The notes: generated from the sequence alone by a model not told the origin. Counted from the first letter of the stretch, positions 1 to 63,886 are shown. The stretch: DNA of 64,000 nucleotides from Amoebidium appalachense (GCA_963693365.1 CAVNZM010000001.1:7766907-7830906), one strand, 5' to 3'. Translations and numbers: made by a program.

Positions 1-681
1 GAGAGAGAGAGAGATGGAGAGAGAGGGCAGGGGGAAGGGGAAGGAGGGAAGGAAAGAACCAGGGAGGGAGGGAGGGATTGAAGGAGGGAGAGCAGGGAGG
101 GAGGGAGGGAGGAACTTCGGGAGGGGATTAAGCGGTGAGGGGGGAGGGGAGAGGGGGGGTTGGGGATGGGGGGGGGGGGGGAGGGGATGGCTAGCACAGG
201 GTAAGAATGTCTATAGCTATAGCTAATAAGACAAACTCGTGATAAATGTGGGACATGGAATCTTGGATCGCTGAGTGGGTTGGCGGGTAGTTGTGGTGAT
301 GATGGTGTGTGTATGCGTTCGTCTGTGTGTTTTTGAGTGTTTACACGGACGGCAGGATGTGGGGGCGGGGGGTGGAGGGGGGGGGGGGGGGGAAGGAGGG
401 GGGGGGGGGGGGGAGAGGGGGGGGGGGAGGGAGGGGGGGGGGGGGGGGGTTGTGCCCGGATTATCTGCAATTCCACACCGGTTTAGTGTGCCCAGCAGAT
501 GCTGGTGGTGGTGAATCATTTCTTCTATTTTTTTATATGGTTTTCCGTCCCGATGGGGAGAGATGGCAGGACTCGAAAGAGAAGGTGGTGGTTGGGGGAT
601 GGGGTGATTGGGAGGGTGGGGGGCGGAGGAGGGGGGAGGGGGGTGGGCTCCAATTTTCGGTATGTACGCTATGTAGCCTAG

Positions 682-783
682 TACCAAGTCCTACGGAAGA
701 ATCTATTTCAAATAGATTTATTTGGAACCAACCTTCAGGGCTTTGTGTCTTTCGGTCCTGCAGGAGCAAAAAATAGCGAATGA
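682..783 (+). CDS. Possible terminal coding exon of a gene entering from upstream of the window (YQVLRKNLFQIDLFGTNLQGFVSFGPAGAKNSE*)
   Basis: cctag acceptor followed by a 34-codon non-repetitive frame ending in TGA, set in otherwise low-complexity sequence. No recognisable homology. Confidence 0.25.
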   Translation, partial: YQVLRKNLFQIDLFGTNLQGFVSFGPAGAKNSE

Positions 784-1727
784 ATCATTCGGAACCAGCA
801 AACAAAAAGAAAAGGGGGGGGGGGGGGGGGGGGGGGGGAGTAGGGAGGGGGGAGGGGGGGGGGGGGGGGGAGTGAAGAAGAGAATAAGACAACGGCGTTC
901 CAATATGCAAGATTAAGGAGAAATAGGACAAAAAATCAAAATGGAATGGCAAAGAAATGAAACTTTAGTCGAATCTGCAGAATTCTGTTGAATAGAACCC
1001 CCCCCCCCCCCCCCCCCCCCGTGCTGGGTGGCCAATCTGTATAATCCTGTATAACCTGCCTTTAGTAAGGGGTAAATAGAGCAGCTTTTTCCTTCAACAT
1101 GTTTTGTGTGTGTGTGGTGGTTGGGGGGGGAGGGGGAGGGGGGGGGGGAGGGGAAGGGGGAGGGGGGGGGGGGGGGGGGGGGGAGGGGAGGGGAGGGAGG
1201 GGGGAGAGGGCGGGAGAGGGAGGGAGAGAGAGAGAGACTCCGAGGGGGAGAGAGAGAGACTCCGAGAGAGACGTGATAGAGAGGGGGGAGGGGGAGGGGG
1301 GGGGGAGAGAGAGGGAGAGAGAGAAAGAGAGAGAGAGAAATTGTGTGTGTGTGTTTGTATGTGTGTGTGTGTGTGTTGGTGTTGGCGTGAGGGTGTATAA
1401 AGTAGTGTGTAGCTGCTTATGTGTTTGCTCATCATGATCGATGCATCTCTCGTGCTAGCCCACGGGGCTTGATGATATGTGCAGCAATGTCTGAGTGCAT
1501 AATGTGCACGAACACCCACCAAGCACATTGCAATAAAGTACCACAAAAAAAGAAAACTAGCCACCACATACTTCGTATCAACACTGCGCTTGTTTATGTG
1601 CCAACCAACCAGCAGCGGCAGAAATGTTTATCAACACACAAACGTGTGTTTGCTCAACCACTGCAAGATGCATAGGTGGGCATGCAGACTCATGGCACCC
1701 CATACAGCAAGCTGCAGACGGTGTGAG

Positions 1728-2160
1728 TGAGTTTTGGCGGTTACACAACCAGCGGTGTGAGTGTTTATTCTTTTTTCGCTATATTTTTATTTGAGCGTTT
1801 TTAATGGTGCAATTTTTTGATTTTGAGTTTTGGTGGCTACACAACCAGGGGTGCGAGTGTTTTCGTTTTTTTGCTAAATTTTTACATGTGCGTTTTTATT
1901 GATGCAATTTTGAGTTTTGGTGGCTACACAAGCAGGGGTGTGAGTGTTTTCGTTTTCGCTAGATTTTTATTCGGGTGTTTTTATTGGTGCGATTTTGAGC
2001 TTTGGTGGCTAAACAAACAGGGGTTTTCGTTTTTCGCTAAATTTTTATTTGGGCATTTTTATTGGTGCGATTTTGAGCTTTGGTGGCTACACAACCAGGG
2101 GTGTGAGTGTTTTCGTTTTCGCTAATATTGATCTGCGGGGGCTTTATTGGTGCAATTTTC
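1728..2160. repeat. Minisatellite, ~80-95 bp unit x5
   Basis: Recurring unit GAG(T/C)TTTGGTGGCTACACAACCAGGGGTGTGAGTGTTTTCG...TTTTATTGGTGCGATTTT. Confidence 0.9.
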
Positions 2161-3021
2161 TTCGCTGGAGTTAGTTGCTGCATGGGGTTGGTTATAGTCG
2201 GAGGGGGGGGGGGGGGGGGGGGGGGGGTTCCTGGGAAACGGAGGGGGGTTCGGATCTAGGGAGAGCATAGGAAAAACTTCGACTGAGATAGGGCGAGAGT
2301 GTGAGAGACCCCAGAGACTGAGGCTATGCTAATGGTGGGACGGGGGGAGGGACTCGGGAGAGAAAAAGAGAGAGAGAGAAACTGAGGGAGTGTGTGTATG
2401 TGTGTGTGTGTGTGTAACCAAATATTTACAGGCGCACGTGACACACACAAGCGCACACACATGCGGGCACACACACACACACACACACCTGTACACACGC
2501 AGGGCTACAGTACACACTAATCCTCTTTGTCCACATTGTTGGTGTTCTCTCCAACACTATTAATTCGACATCTGCAAAAAATTGCACATGCGCGGCCCCG
2601 CATGGCTCTTTTTATTCACGGGACAACAAACCAGATAAAACAAACAGATTAGTGGCCAACCTGGGCCCCACGTGATCAAATTACGTCGACCCGTGCATGG
2701 CCAAATATAAGCACTGGGCACACAACCAAAAAATCCACAGTCATGGTCGTCGAAATATTCAAGCTCAACTTGAATGCTGTCAGCCTTCTTAACTACTCTG
2801 AAAATTTCAAACTACGATTGCAGCCAGTGATAAATGTTACTAAGAATATTATGTCATGACGCAACCAGTTTCTCCATTAGAAAATCCGTCAGTCTTCTCA
2901 ACTAAACTGAAAGACTACGATTGTGCTGCCTCAAGTAGTTATTATTATTGTTGTTGTTATTATTATTTTTTTATTTTTTTTTAAAAAAAAAGAATATTAT
3001 GGCATGACGGGGCACCTTCTA

Positions 3022-13832
<10,811 letters not shown>

Positions 13833-14480
13833 GGTTGCCAAAGTGCCCGCCGTGTCGACCCCCCGGGCCGGCCGTACTACTATTAAACGGTAAGGCTTCA
13901 AGTAGGCTAAGCGTTGTGGGTGACCCCGGCAATGATAATTAGTAAACTAGGCTACACGGCATTAGGATGTATGTATGATACACAAACTGCTCAGTGTTAC
14001 TCAAAACCGGCACGGCCGGCGAGGCAGTTCGAACTTAGCTGCAGTCAAGCAAACATCACTGGCACGACTGCACCTCAGTAGCTACAATAGCCTATTCCCC
14101 GTGACCGTCGACTCAGTCAGATTGCACGCCGTCCAAGTGTAGGCCTGCACTGTAATACGCCTCAGCCGGACGGTTTTGTCGATCGTCGATGCGCCGGAGG
14201 GTCATGGGATCACACTGCCGCAGTCAGCAGTGCCGGCACGGTGTGTGTGACGTCCGAACGACGCAAATGCGTGCGCCTCAGTACTAGTAGTACCCACGCC
14301 CACACTAATTTATGTATAGTATTACATAGCCTGAAGGGCATGGCCAAAATTTCAAATTGTCCTTCCCGGACGTTGCCAGGCATGCAGTGGGAATAGCAGT
14401 GGAAATATCTGATTGGTACTGGTGGCACTTGTTAGAAATCCCAAGGGAGAAACACAAAAATGCAAGTTGGCATAGTTATG

Positions 14481-14735
14481 GTCGACCTCGGCCAGGTGTG
14501 AAATTCGTTAAACTTTTTGGCGGACGTGCAATTTTGGCAACTTTTCCTCTAGAGGCCTGGATAGCTCTAATAGAGGGGTTTTTTTCGTAGTTTTGACTGT
14601 ACGCGCTGAATAAAAAATTGGTGGACCTAACCTGAAAAAGTTAGCAAAAAGTCACGGACATTTTTCGGAGTTTCAGAGACAATATCGATTAATTCTTTGG
14701 CCACAAGCCCCCCATTTCACAGCCTGGCCAAGACC
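14481..14735. mobile_element. Possible degenerate MITE upstream of the membrane-protein gene
   Basis: Inverted repeat GGCCAGG-TGTGAAAT (~14489) vs ATTTCACAGCCTGGCC (~14714); termini and TSD unclear. Confidence 0.35.
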
Positions 14736-15845
14736 CTTGAGGCTCGAGTTGATAGTCATACACGGTATACGTAGTAAGAATACTAATAGAAATAGAAATA
14801 TTATAATTATTAATAAAAAGTAATGTTTTACTTTTACCAGTAAAATTGCGCTATTGCAAAATCGTGTTCACACAAAACAGTCCGCCATGTCCTCCTGCTA
14901 CTGTCCGACAAAGTTTTACGGGCCACGACCGACACATACCTAAGATTAAAATTATTGATCCCCCAGAACTTCCCTTTGTGGGTTGGTCGTATGTGTGGAA
15001 ACCACGTGGAACACTCTCGGAAACTTGAAAACCCATTTCCGTTTATTATATGTGTGTAACTAGTAACTATGGAAACTGGAGCCTAGTTATGCCAGATGTG
15101 GACGAAGATTTATCGATTAATTTTACTTTATGTAGGACGACGACGTCCTATGTCTGTAACGGAATTTTCTTGGCCTAATAAATCCCAAAACCGGAAAATC
15201 AGAAAAAAATCTCTGTTCACATACATAGATTTGCCCAGCACATCAGTTTCAGGGGATCCTTGACGAATTTATTTAGTTCATAAAACGAGTACCTGGGATA
15301 AAATACAACTTACTACTCGCATCTCTCACCGAGCTGCCTTTAGGCCTGGGAAAGGTGCAGTTTCTCATCGACACCCTGTATGTGATCAAAGACCAAGCTG
15401 AGATAAGATATAGATAGTGCACTGTCTAGTCGTGTGCGCGTGTGGCTTACTGTGTTTTCCAGCACGGCCACACTAGACGAGGGGCGCCGCAGGCGCGCCC
15501 CGAGCTACATATTTACAGGATAAGTATACAACCATGAATCTCAATGATTATCTCATCATGAACATTTTTCACACTGGCTGACAGCTAACAACTGACGAGG
15601 CACGTGGAAATAACCGTTGTGAGAGGTACACCGTCTCGAGCTCGATTCGCAGCCGCCAGCCAGATTCCGAAGAAATTGACAAACTGAACTTGAGATAGAA
15701 TGTGAGTGATGGAGGGAGAGACTCGATTCGACAAAGAGTTCGGAAGGGCTTGGAGGTGCATTAACTGGCTCACGGGGAGAGAACAAGGGAGAGTTCAGAG
15801 AAAGTGCAATAGAGAGATAGGATAGAGAGGGAGGAGAGTGAGACT

Positions 15846-15885
<40 letters not shown>

Positions 15886-15915
15886 GGAGAGAGAGAGAGA
15901 CTGAGAGACTGAGAA

Positions 15916-15989
<74 letters not shown>

Positions 15990-16096
15990 GAGAGAAAGAG
16001 AGAGAGAGAGAGTGTGTGTGTGTGTGGAGAGAGAGTGAGGGGGGGGGGGGGGGGGGGGATCGAGGGAGGGAGGGAGAGTCACTTGAAGACCGAGAT

Positions 16097-16142
<46 letters not shown>

Positions 16143-16802
16143 GTGGGGAGAGGGGGAAGAGAGAGAGAGAGAGAAGCTTAAACCTGGTTATACACGATTT
16201 TAGGTATCATAGTAACAACCCATAAATGCCAAATGAATAAATGGATTTTTTACCTGGGCCCCACTCTCTCACTCTCTGACAATATTTACCTTGGGTGAAG
16301 AAAACAGAACGAATGAGGAAGCAAGACAACGGAAAATAGAAGGACAAGTAAGACAGAGCCTATGATAGTGTTAAAAATCTATCAATAGTTTATTTCACAG
16401 TTTCATGTTGTGGGGGAAAGGGGTCGGGGGGGGGGGGGGGGGGGGAGGGGGGGAGGGGGGGAGGGAGGAATGTGGGTGTTGGAACACTGGAATTCCACTG
16501 CATGAGTCAGAAACTGAAGTCTTTCAGTCGAGCTGGTATGAGGGGGTCTAGGGCTGTTATCCTCATCTCGACCATTATTTCTCAACTTACACTTTAACTT
16601 TTCTTTCTTTCTTTCTATCTTTCTTTCCTTCTTTCTTTGATTCTTTCTTTGTTCTTTGTATGTGACGGAGGGGGGAAGGGGGCGGGAGAAAGGGGGGGTT
16701 GTGTCGTCGTCAGGGGGTTGCGTCATCGTCAATGTGTGTTGAGTCACACAGGTGAGTGGGCCACCACACGTGCAAGGTGAGGAAGTGCATACGTGCGCGC
16801 AC

Positions 16803-16841
<39 letters not shown>

Positions 16842-17211
16842 GGTGCGTGCACTTGCCTGTGCATGTGTGCGCGTGTGTGTAGTTGGCGACACTGTTGCCT
16901 GTTGTGCATATGACACAATATGCTGCGATGCGTCTTTGTCTTTGCGTCTTGTTGTGTTTCAAGCTAATTGTATTAAGTGGAGTTGTACGCTGGAGGTGGG
17001 GACCGGGGGGAGGGGGGGGGGGGGGAGGGGGGTTTAAAGGAGAGTGAGAAGGGGAAGGGGGGGAGGGGGTTAGGGGAGGTTGATTTTGGTAAACGGCAGA
17101 ACAGAACAAACATACACACCAATGCACAACGTGGTGCAAGACTTGGGCGCCCAAAAAGGAACCGCAATGAGTATAATTGTTACAGAAGGTACGAGGCCCA
17201 CCCTGTCTGTG

Positions 17212-17318
<107 letters not shown>

Positions 17319-17765
17319 ACGCGCACGCATGCGAACGTGTTTGTGTATTTCTGGGAGAAGACCCAAACCTGCCCAGTAAGTCATTCTTCCACCTCCTTCC
17401 ACGTCTCAACTATATCCCCGCCTCGTTCGTCCTATGGCATATAAGACCTGTATACCCAGTAGACTTAAACGGAGGTGCTCTGCACTTACTGAGCCGTCGA
17501 ACTTCGTGTACAATTACACTGGTGTGTGTTTCGTTAGCTAATCTTCGTGCAATAGAACACAATTTTCGTTCAGAAATCTTTTCAGCCTTGGTAGCTCTAG
17601 TAAGTCACTAGTACAACCAGAGAACGAAAATGGAAACATGAACTTTCGATGAGTCTACACACTATTTATTGCTATGGACTACAGTGAAATCAGATCTACA
17701 TATATTAGAGTGGTCAGTCACGGATTCAACGGCATACAACCGCATGCATGATTTTTACGCATAAG

Positions 17766-18115
17766 TTTGGCGCCATGTACCAGAGTAGCCAATGAAAAGC
17801 TAGCAGTAAAATTATACACCAATCAAACAAGAGTCATTTCTGGCGGGAATATTTGGATTCTACAACGGCCGGATCATCAGCCCCAGGTACATAGCAGTTT
17901 AAAATTTCATGCCCGCATCATGCGCTTTCCAACGTTTACAAACCGCCTCAGTTAGGCTTTTTCACTGAAGAAACCGAAGCTTGTGTTTTTGTTCTTTCAA
18001 AGGGTTTCGGTGCTAGCGAGGGTTTATTTAGTGAGGGAAGCGAACTGGGGGTAGGCACGCAAAGCTTGGTGGTAGTGTCGCACATGCATGCGTGTCTTCT
18101 TTCGGCTGGCGCAAA
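17766..18115 (+). promoter_or_regulatory. Putative cell-cycle-type promoter of MCPH1 (E2F-, CCAAT- and CHR-like motifs)
   Basis: TTTGGCGC (17766), TGGCGGGAA (17841), CCAAT (17789, 17819), TTCAAA (17996), GGCGCAAAA (~18107), all in a repeat-free island just upstream of ATG 18188. Confidence 0.4.
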
Positions 18116-18187
18116 ACCAGCGAGTGAATATAGAAAAGAAAGAGATTCATGATTTTTTAAGAAGAAGAAAAGCATATTTTTTCGACA

Positions 18188-36232
<18,045 letters not shown>

Positions 36233-37249
36233 TTGGACCATTACTTAGGAATATGACGAAAAAGTACTTGTGTGTATCATACCTAGGTGCATGCCTTAGT
36301 GCTTCACCGTGCGTGTGGGTGGGTGCACCCGGTGGAGGGGGGGGGAAGGGGGAAGGGGGGGAGATGGGCGAGTGGGTGGTTTCGTGTGTGTGTGTGTGGG
36401 GGGGCGGGGGGTTGACAAGGGTGCACATACACGGTGGCACACACACCCCCTTCCGTGAATCACAACCACCGCAGCACGCATCCTATAGCTTTCGGTAGTG
36501 GTGTGCTAAATAGGTTAATCATGTGCACATCTATTTATAGCATGGCGGTATGCGGAAATATGCTTACGGGCCTGCTGTAGTCCTGGCGGATATTTAGGTT
36601 TATCCAAGGCATGGATATGTTTGTAAATCTAGACAGTGATGGGTTATCTACGTCTATGTACCAGTAGTAACAGAGCTCAGATTCCACAGTGTTCATGTAT
36701 AGCTTGCACTGTCATACAAGGTGTTTTTTTTTTGTTTTGTTTTTTTCCCCGATTATTTCCTTCACCATTACCTTAGCACATGGTGCGGATATCCTTGTGC
36801 TCCTATATTTAGATGCGTGCCGGTGGGGTCAAGGCATCCGCGGCCATTTACAAATCCGTGGTTGATTGTACATTTCGATGAACGTAAATAGACTAATAGT
36901 ATTGATTCATTAGCATGCACCAATAGATTATCATATGTGATATTCTTACCTCACTGCAATGTTTACAAAAGGGAATAAAAGCGAGTTCTCAGTTCTGAAC
37001 CAACCAACCCCCCCCCCCCCCCCCCCCCCCCTCCCCCCTCCTCCTCCTCCTCCAAATATCTTTTTTAAAAAAAATTGACACATTTACTCATGTTATTTGT
37101 TAGCCTACCACTGTGTGCACATGAACAATGTATATTATAGGTAAAATACCGGACCAAGCCGGTGCCAGTCTGTGTGCACGGGTTCAACTAAAATCCAGGT
37201 ACGGGCATCAATCTAGCAAATTGAGTTAAATCATCTGCATCATATTGAT

Positions 37250-37282
<33 letters not shown>

Positions 37283-37356
37283 ACTCCTCTGTGCGCATGC
37301 ACGCACAACTTCATCCACTAAATTCAGAAGCTAGCAGAATTTTTTGTCGTTTCTAG

Positions 37357-37426
37357 ATCTGCCGTGATTTCGGAACGAAAAGTATTATATATCTGCCGTG
37401 ATTTCGGAACGAAAAGTATTATATAT
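37357..37426. repeat. 34-bp perfect tandem duplication
   Basis: ATCTGCCGTGATTTCGGAACGAAAAGTATTATAT x2. Confidence 0.9.
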
Positions 37427-37819
37427 GCATTGGGTAACCCCGGGAGATTTTTTTTTTGTTTGTTTGTTTGTTTCTTAGAGATTCGAAAACGAAATCATCG
37501 TATACCGCGTGTATGTGTTTGGCGCCTCATGAGTAGCGACAGCATGTGTGGGGTCCATTTCATGTTTACCGATTCAATTTGGCCGGAGGGAGCGGCTATC
37601 ATATGTATGATCTCGAGTTTGGATCTTGATGCGAGCTCACAGTATGATATGCAATATTAATATTCCTAATTTTTATAATTATTGTTTTCAAATATGTATA
37701 CCAGGCCTTACTATAGTAATTTGTGCATGTCTTTTTTTACGCGTGTACATGCACACGTGATCATGACACTGTGTATATTATGTGTGGAATTTAGTTATGC
37801 GGCCGTAGTCCCCGGGTGT

Positions 37820-37855
<36 letters not shown>

Positions 37856-37992
37856 TTGGGGTCACGATGTGTGTGCGTGTGCATGCGTGCGTGCTTGTGT
37901 GTACATGTATGTTGTGTGTGTGTGTGTGTCGTAGCGTGTGCGTGTGCGTGCGTGTGCGGTGTGTGTGTACATGTGTGTGTCTGTGTGTCTGT

Positions 37993-38040
<48 letters not shown>

Positions 38041-38100
38041 GTGCACGCGCATGTGTGCATGCATGTGTGTGTGTGTGCGTGCGTACGTGTGTGCGCCTTC

Positions 38101-38147
<47 letters not shown>

Positions 38148-38332
38148 CCCCCCCCCCAACTGTACAGTGTACGCACACGTCCACATGTACACACGCATGT
38201 AAAAACAAAACCAAAAAAGAAAAAAAGGAATAAATAGGAAAGCAAGCCTTTGGAAAGGAAGAAAGGATTGTGTGTGCATGTTGAGGTCCTGGAGAGAGAG
38301 GGGAGGGGGGGGGGGGGGGGGGGGGGGGTTGG

Positions 38333-38480
38333 GGTTGAATGCGGAACACGGTACGAAGTACGCATACGCGATGAGAAGCATGGTGCAGGACACATGCAAA
38401 GGCAAACATTCAAGTATGCAACATCAGCAATGCGCACAGTATGCGTCATAAGCAGAGCCCATCCTCAGGGACGGCCCAAG
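38333..38480 (-). mobile_element. Same dispersed element, copy downstream of the DEK-like stop codon
   Basis: Reverse complement reads TTGGGCCGTCCCTGAGGATGGGCTCTGCTTATGACGCATAC..CGTACCGTGTTCCGCATTCAA followed by poly-C. Confidence 0.8.
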
Positions 38481-39207
38481 GGGGGATATACGGAACACTA
38501 CACTGTGAAGTTCATTTTTCACTTTATTTCCAACTAACAAACGGACACAGTCCTGCACAAAGATATAGTGTGGCAATGATCACTCTGCACCTATTGCTGC
38601 TACTATTCAAATCCACATTCAGGCCTCAGTTTGTCCACCAGATATAGCTATGTGGCCAAAAAGCCCTTGCTGCATACACACGAACATAAATCTTAATACT
38701 TTGCTGGCTTTGGGACAGTGACAATATCACAAGCAAAACAAGCTATTATTGCATATGCGCTAACTAAGACAGCATTTGGTAATATGTCGGTCGCTATGCC
38801 AGACAAGCCAGCTATATTAAAAGCCTAAAGTAATGTATGCTGGCAGAGAAAAAACTCGTGTGTGCGCTCGTATCTTTTCATGCCCCTTAACACCGCAGAA
38901 ATGCATGTATAGATTATTAGACACTGGTAGAGTCTAACAGGCGAAACAACATCAACTATCATAGTCGTCTAAACGAGCCAACACATCAGGTAAACCAGCC
39001 GGGAAAGAAATGCCAAGGAGAAAACAAAAACTACACTTCTATATGGACTGTGCCAGCTATACAGTAACAACTGGGGGGGAAAAAACCCTACCCACCCACC
39101 CACCCAGACACACACACCATTACCACACGATCCAGCAAAATCTAATACTCGACATTCCGCAGTCGCATGCAAAGATGATTACCCTTATACTAACCTGTAC
39201 ATCATAG

Positions 39208-39240
<33 letters not shown>

Positions 39241-39355
39241 CACACACACAGCCACCCCACACACCCACCATGCTCTAATCCTACCCAACCCACCCACACA
39301 TACACACTATCACCTTTCCCTTTTCCGGTTTTCAATTTTCCAGTTTTCCAGTTTT

Positions 39356-51431
<12,076 letters not shown>

Positions 51432-53549
51432 CTTGGTTGGCCACACTGCAAAACCACATAGTAAGAACTTGGTGACACCAGCCAAAATCACCACCCAAGA
51501 AGCGCATTGAAGGGTCACGAAACCAGCATGGAAGACAAGATAACATTGACAAACCCGCTTCCTACGCACCTTCGTTGCTTCAACGTTTATGGAAATCTTG
51601 GCTACTACTCACGCATGGAGCAGGAAACAAACACGGCCCACGCTTTCCTCAGCAATTTAAAGCGGGTTATGGCCACCAGCTTTCCTCAAGAAGGGGAAAG
51701 GCGAAACATAAAAATAAGATATGCTACCGGCTCTGCTTCACAAGAATTCTACGCTGCACTTCATAACAAAAGAAAAGAGAACCAGCAACATGCCCCGTTT
51801 GCATTGCACACAGCACAGGTCATTCCCCACAAAATTGCACAGTTCATGCCCACATGTCCGGAAAAGGCGCTCTAACCATATTTCAATTTTTTCTGGCTTA
51901 TAAACAAAATGCATGCGGAACGTTTTGCTATATGGGCCAAGGTTGCAAAAAAAAAAAGCAGGATAACCATTGCTGCAACCTAGTTGGGAGGGGGGCTGCG
52001 AAAATTACAATTACCTACAATGTCGAGATGAAAGCTCCTTGGAGTGCTATTTCCGGTGCATGAATAGAAGGTGCTGATTATATGTCTCTTTGGCGAGAAT
52101 GTTGCACGTGATGAACCAAGAAAGAGTCAACCAACTGCGTATAAAAGTGCTTTTGCTAGGTAACAACTGTACAAATATCAACTTAGAAGAAGCACATTGA
52201 CGTCTCCAAAAAACGTCATTGAAAAGCTCCGTAATATACACAGGCTGTTCCTACACCTCCTCTACACAAATACAAGGGCGTAAAAGCTAAACTGTAAGTT
52301 AGTAACCGCCGGAGGGAGCTGTCGTGTTCTTTTTTTGGGAAACCTTTCGAACGCTGTGAGTTCCGCCGACGATCGTCGGTTGTCGGAGGCCTGCTGGAAC
52401 GTTTAGACCGCTAACATTCTTTTCCATCTAACAAAGGGGACTATAATTTAAATACAGCATTTAAGTGATCCAGTGACGTGTTTTAAACATCTTAATAAAC
52501 GGTCACTAAGACTAAATTCTAATATCAGCGTGCTGTTTAGCAACGTGACATTCTGCCCGCCAAAAACAAAAGCCACACTTGCACCGTTGTACTTTCAACT
52601 CAGAGGGTGTGTCCTGAAGCTAACAGTGAACGGCAGTTGCCAAGTTGAGAAAAAGCGAGTCATTGTGAGTCCGCGTAGGGAAGAGAAGGTAGAATATTTG
52701 TGGAAAGAACAGAAAACAAGGTCAGGTTCCTGCTCTATTGGGTAGCTTTCTTGTCTGATATAGAAGGATAAACCACTATACCGTTTTACAGGTGCAGGTG
52801 TGCCTGACACAACTACAAACGTCAGGAAAAACACAAATCTTCTCCGATCACTGTGTACTTTTTTTGTACTGGTAAAATTTTGCTACTTGTTTATTAATTA
52901 ATTCGTGCGAGTATGCAAGAGCAACTTAACAGCAAAAACGAGCTTCCCAGCTCTGGTTGTGAACACATCAACGCCATCGGATTCCGGGGTTTTTGGTTGC
53001 TTGCGGCTAACCTAGTTGCATTGATTATCAGGATGATACATGATGTGCCACTTCTCATATTATAATTGGTGTTCAGGTCCGATTAGAACATTACGGTGGG
53101 AAACGTCACCTGCTTCGGAGCCCTAAGTGCACGCAAGCACACCGTGCCTGTTTCTTTTTGGATGAGTTTTTTGGGGGATAGCCGTTCATAGTTCGCTCAA
53201 AAACCTATGTGCATATTAGCCTCGAAAATTGAAAGACCTGCACCCCCTCCCGCCCCCCCACCCGCCCTCACCCATTCCCTCCTCTTGGTCCATTCGCCTT
53301 GCTTTGCACATAAGACAAACTTTTGGGATCTTGTGTGGTAACAAGGACTCGTGGAATGTTGTTAAAACAACATCACAGTGGGTATGGGAGGTGGGAAGCG
53401 GGTCCTATGGGTGTGGAGAGGGGGGCAGACGGGGAGGGGGGGAGGGGGAGCGAAGAGAGAGAGAGGGAAGTGAGACGGGCCGTGACGGCAGGAGACTTGA
53501 GCAGGGGGGGAGGGCGGGAGCGGACAGACGTGCTGTAGACTGTCGAATG

Positions 53550-53950
53550 CGAGTTGGCACGGGAGCAGGTGCGGGAACCAGACCAACAGAAAATATGACG
53601 GAAGTCAGATGAAGTTTTTTTTCTTGCCATGTTTTCCTGTTTTCTTTTGGTCTCAACGGTTTCCCCCCAACTGGTTGTAGTCCCTGCGCTGGGCCCAGTA
53701 CAGTCAGACAGTATCTGAGCCTTTCAGCCAGCTAAATATAGCTTACATAGTTCCTAGTTCAATCGGCTTTGGCCAATCAAACTCCACAAAAAACAAAGTG
53801 CACCAATCACAACACGAATTCCTTCAGGTTGGCAACTGGGCCAAGAAATTTCAGTCTATTTTTAGCTTTTCTCTTGGCTTTCAAAAAGTTTCGTGGTTCC
53901 AACTTCCGTGACAAGCACAGCCGGCGCCAGCGCACAAGCAGAGAGAGAGA
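53550..53950. promoter_or_regulatory. Candidate shared (divergent) promoter region between DEK-like and ARCN1
   Basis: Head-to-head gene arrangement; CCAAT boxes (~53773, 53802) and CGGAAGT (~53599). The DEK ATG exon is preceded by an acceptor (TTTTGCAG, ~51447), implying an upstream non-coding exon. Confidence 0.3.
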
Positions 53951-54986
53951 GAGAAAGGGGAAGACACACACGCACGCAACTACCGTTCCTTCCTTGCTCT
54001 TACCTTACCCCTAGATCAATTGTTTTTAGTCCTTTTCTGTTAGCGCCAGAACAGGTTGCCCAGGTCAGAAATCTGTCTTCTTCAGCAGACACCGTTACAA
54101 AGGTCAGTATCCACCATAATTGCACGAGAGATCCATCAGGTGGCTTGCTTGGTTCAACATAACACTAGAGTGGTTTCTTCGCCGTATTTCAGCTTTAGTA
54201 TTCTGAGCTTACTAAAAAAAATTAAGTTGTTGCGCTTTCCATCATCATCCGCTGCTGGGTGGACCGACCTTTCGTTCTGGTTTTTTTCTTTTCGTTTGGC
54301 CCACAGCAACGAGCAGTCCATCTGCTGGTACCACATCGTTGCATAATACCCATCTTGTACAGCTGGACTCTTCTGATTCTTATAGTTTACGCTATCCTTT
54401 ATTGGCTTGTTCCAAGCCACCTTGAGCATCGTTGGATCCAATTTTTGCGTTGCTGAGTTCATCCTACACAATTGCGCGAAATTACTTTATACATGGATGA
54501 GCGTTTATAAGAGACCATCCGGCTGTGCGTGTCCAGTAAGATGCGTATTGGGATCTGCTTTTGCTCATTACGGGGTCAGGCTTCGCCTACTGGCTGATAT
54601 TTAGCGTACGGGTTGGCGTCTTGTGGCATAGTTGTGGAAGAAGTCACAGAATCCACCGGATTCGGAATCATTCTTGCACTCTCTCGTCGTGTGCTTTACA
54701 AAGCAAAACCTCGGAGTAGTGGGCTTGGTTCTTCTGGAATCAATTGTTTTGCAATGCACAGACAGTTTCCCCTTGCTGACATAACCAATTAATGGTTTTT
54801 CGTCGGGTTTGTGTTGGGTGCTATTTGTGCAGTACTGGTTCCGTGGGAAAGGATGTTTTCTTCTGCTTTATGCACATCGTATGCATCCAAGGGTGCCCAT
54901 CCAGACTAAGCGTGCAAAACGTTAGTCTGTTGCTAATCCATACATTCCAACAGGAAACCAGTTTTCTTTGAGTGTTAACAACAAAA

Positions 54987-63684
<8,698 letters not shown>

Positions 63685-63715
63685 GTTTGTGATGGCATCT
63701 TGTTTTTTTTATATC

Positions 63716-63744
<29 letters not shown>

Positions 63745-63749
<5 letters not shown>

Positions 63750-63886
63750 TGATGACTTGGGCCCTCCCTGAGGATGGGCTCTGCTTATGACGCATACTGC
63801 GCGCATGGCTATGTTGCATACTTGAATATTTGCCTTTGCATGTGTCCTTCGTGTATGCGTACTTCGTACCGTGTTCCGCATTCAAC
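63745..63886 (+). mobile_element. Same dispersed element, copy in an ARCN1 intron
   Basis: CAATTGATGACTTGGGCCCTCCCTGAGGATGGGCTCTGCTTATGACGCATAC..CGTACCGTGTTCCGCATTCAA followed by poly-C. Confidence 0.85.

Noticed and set aside
17455-17660. Possible CAGTAGACT...AGTCTAC MITE
   Set aside because: The inverted match is only ~7 bp and there is no TSD.
51432-51569. N-terminal extension of the 345-aa ORF
   Set aside because: It lies upstream of or across a TTTTGCAG acceptor; the ATG at 51431 (MADEE) is the better start.
54154-54604. Short ORFs (hydrophobic on +, 105 aa on -) upstream of ARCN1
   Set aside because: No recognisable motif or reliable start; probably leader or intergenic sequence.
63749-63886. 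C/D-box snoRNA interpretation of the dispersed element (TGATGA..CTGA)
   Set aside because: Box C is present in only some copies, there is no terminal box D or terminal stem, and copies are variably 5'-truncated. Not fully excluded without small-RNA data.
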